From Macrostomum lignano (Eukaryota), in assembly GCA_002269645.1 (NCBI GenBank), contig NIVC01001344.1, positions 62,001-126,000 on the forward strand: DNA of 64,000 nt, given 5' to 3'. Each line of letters begins with the position of its first letter. Within the stretch, counting starts at the first letter, position 1. The notes under the pieces were generated by a model. That model did no database searches and was not told where the DNA came from. It was given only the letters and a program-made list of their open reading frames with translations. This document shows positions 62,036-64,000 of this stretch, one piece after another. The translations under genes and the position numbers were made by a program.

Positions 62036-62414
62036 TTAAGTGCTACTTTTTTACTTATAAATGAAACCATAACTTGTTGCGTGAATAATAGTATATTGTC
62101 GTATCATCGCCACCCCAAAGCCGGGTCTCACAGCTTGCATCCAACACAAAACTCCTCGAGAAATTCTACTTTTATTTCAATATGATTTCTGCAGTGCTGC
62201 TATGAGTAGCCAATTGCGCACATATTTAGATAATACCAAAGAAAAGTACAGAAAATCTGAAACTCTGATTTACGAATAGTTTTATCGGTCTGTACAATAG
62301 CAGAAAATATTTTTGTAAGTTTTGTATTTCGTACATTGAAAAACGGGCTTTGACACGGAAGCGCCAGCAAAAGCAACAGTTGCAAAAGAAACAAGCAAAA
62401 TACCCGTAAGAAAG

Positions 62415-62922
62415 AGACAAAAAACAAGCAAAAGACAAAAACAAGCAAAAGACAAAAACAAGCAAAAGACAAAAACAGGCAAAAGACAAAAACAAGCAAA
62501 AGACAAAAACAAGCAAAAGACAAAAACAGGCAAAAGACAAAAACAGGCAAAAGACCAAAACAGGCAAAAGACAAAAACAAGCAAAAGACAAAAACAAGCA
62601 AAAGACAAAAACAGGCAAAAGACAAAAACAGGCAAAAGACAAAAACAGGCAAAAGACAAAAACAGGCAAAAGACAAAAAACAGGCAGAAGACAAAAACAG
62701 GCAAAAGACAAAAACAGGCAAAAGACAAAAACAAGCAAAAGACAAAAACAAGCAAAAGACAAAAACAGGCAAAAGACAAAAACAGGCAAAAGACAAAAAC
62801 AAGCAAAAGACAAAAACAGGCAAAAGACAAAAACAGGCAAAAGACAAAAACAAGCAGAAGACAAAAACAGGCAAAAGACAAAAACAGGCAAAAGACAAAA
62901 ACAAGCAAAAGACAAAAACAAG
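62415..62922. repeat. 17-bp minisatellite (AGCAAAAGACAAAAACA) abutting the zinc-finger stop codon
   Basis: Directly visible. Confidence 0.95.
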
Positions 62923-62926
62923 CAAC

Positions 62927-63916
62927 TCATGCTCGAGCCCGCCTGCACACCAGGTTGTGCTTCCTGGCGCTGCCGGCCCGAATGAAGACCCTGCCGCAGC
63001 TGCCGCAGCCGAAGGAGCGCCTGACACCGGCTAAGAGCAGCTGCTGGTTCACGTGACTGATCACGTGACGCTGCCGTTCTGACAGCTTCGGCGTCGGCCG
63101 AATCGGCCGCAGCGGCGGCAGCAGCACGGAGCAGTCGGCGCAGAGCTCGCAGTTCCCGTCGACGTCAACGTGGCGAGCGATGTGGCGCTGCAGCCGCGCC
63201 ACGCTGGCCGCCACCGTCCCGGAGCAGCGAGGCAGGCAGCAGGTCAGGGAGCCGCGCTTTGAACCGCAGCTTCGCGGCGTCGGCGATGGCACCGGGAACG
63301 GCATCGGCGTTGACGCTGGCGGAGGCAGCTGGGATGTCGGAGGCATCGGCATTGTCGGAGGCATCGGCATTGTCGGAGACATCGGCATTGTCGGAGGCAT
63401 CGGCATTGTCGGAGACATCGGCATTGTCGGAGACATCGGCATTGTCGGAGACATCGGCGTTGTCGGAGGCATCGAAATTGTCGGAGGCATCGGCGTGGGG
63501 AAGAATCGGGACGTCAACCAGGCCATTTGCGGTGATGAGCTCGATGGCTTCAAGAGGCATTGGGACGTCAGCGAGCAGTTCATTGAGCCCGTCGGCGAGT
63601 ACGTCAGCGAAGACATCTGTGAGGACGACAGCGAGGCCATCTGCGGGGACCTCAGCGAGGCCATCGGCGAGTACGTCAGCGAGGACATTTGCGGGGACCT
63701 CAGCGAGGCCAGCAGCCGTGATGAGCTTGGCGGCTGCATGACTGATTGTGCAGAGTTATTGACGAGCAGCAGTTGGATGGCAAGCGAATGCTTTGAGAGA
63801 TTTGAGGCCAGCAGCGCAGGCTGGTTATATAGTCTTTGTCTCACTGAGCCCCGCCTCATCTCCCGCCAATGGGAAGCTGAGCTCGGATAAGCTGGGCTAT
63901 GATGGTCTCCTGTCAT
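62927..63916 (-). CDS. C2H2/C2HC zinc-finger-like protein with a low-complexity 18-bp repeat region; reading frame of the 5' part ambiguous
   Basis: CCLPRC...LQRHIARH, CADC...RHVISH and FGCGSCGRVF...RKHNLVC lie at the C-terminus. Confidence 0.6.
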   Translation of the reverse strand: MTGDHHSPAYPSSASHWREMRRGSVRQRLYNQPALLASNLSKHSLAIQLLLVNNSAQSVMQPPSSSRLLASLRSPQMSSLTYSPMASLRSPQMASLSSSQMSSLTYSPTGSMNCSLTSQCLLKPSSSSPQMAWLTSRFFPTPMPPTISMPPTTPMSPTMPMSPTMPMSPTMPMPPTMPMSPTMPMPPTMPMPPTSQLPPPASTPMPFPVPSPTPRSCGSKRGSLTCCLPRCSGTVAASVARLQRHIARHVDVDGNCELCADCSVLLPPLRPIRPTPKLSERQRHVISHVNQQLLLAGVRRSFGCGSCGRVFIRAGSARKHNLVCRRARA

Positions 63917-64000
63917 TGGCTGAGGCGGTCAATCACTCAGATATGTTGAGTTCATGCCATGCTGTCATCTCGACTGCATCAGCTGTTTGTTGTTGGGATG

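Noticed and set aside
24830-62922. Any of the arrays as CRISPR loci
   Set aside because: All are head-to-tail repeats without non-repetitive spacers.
62200-63027. Cys/Phe-rich membrane-like ORFs of 208-275 aa
   Set aside because: They are translations of the 17-bp A-rich array on the minus strand.

Overview
This is animal (invertebrate-like) genomic DNA, not prokaryotic: it has spliceosomal introns, an otopetrin gene and abundant minisatellites. GC-rich exons, minisatellite-filled introns and TTTCAG acceptors just upstream of start codons are reminiscent of a flatworm such as Macrostomum (inference only). The first 10 kb is a transposon nest. It holds an apparently intact Crypton-type tyrosine-recombinase element (198-1589) bounded by TGTCTATGGTC direct repeats. 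Next to it is a 7.7-kb CMC/EnSpm (CACTA-like) DNA transposon (2041-9752, 10-bp TIRs, TA duplication) with a frameshifted transposase, an internal LINE reverse-transcriptase fragment, a BEN-domain-like second ORF and a 60-bp subterminal array. Both elements appear to lie in intron 2 of a minus-strand CYTH (CyaB-like) gene. The rest contains RPB6/POLR2F, PIG-F, otopetrin, a coiled-coil protein with two Rab11-FIP-RBD-like motifs, a frameshifted ALG12, two identical tRNA-Arg(UCU) genes and a zinc-finger ORF. These are interspersed with MITEs, a tRNA-derived SINE family and more than 20 distinct tandem arrays. Most long ORFs in the supplied track are artefacts of those arrays. All family calls come from recognising motifs by eye; no searches were run.
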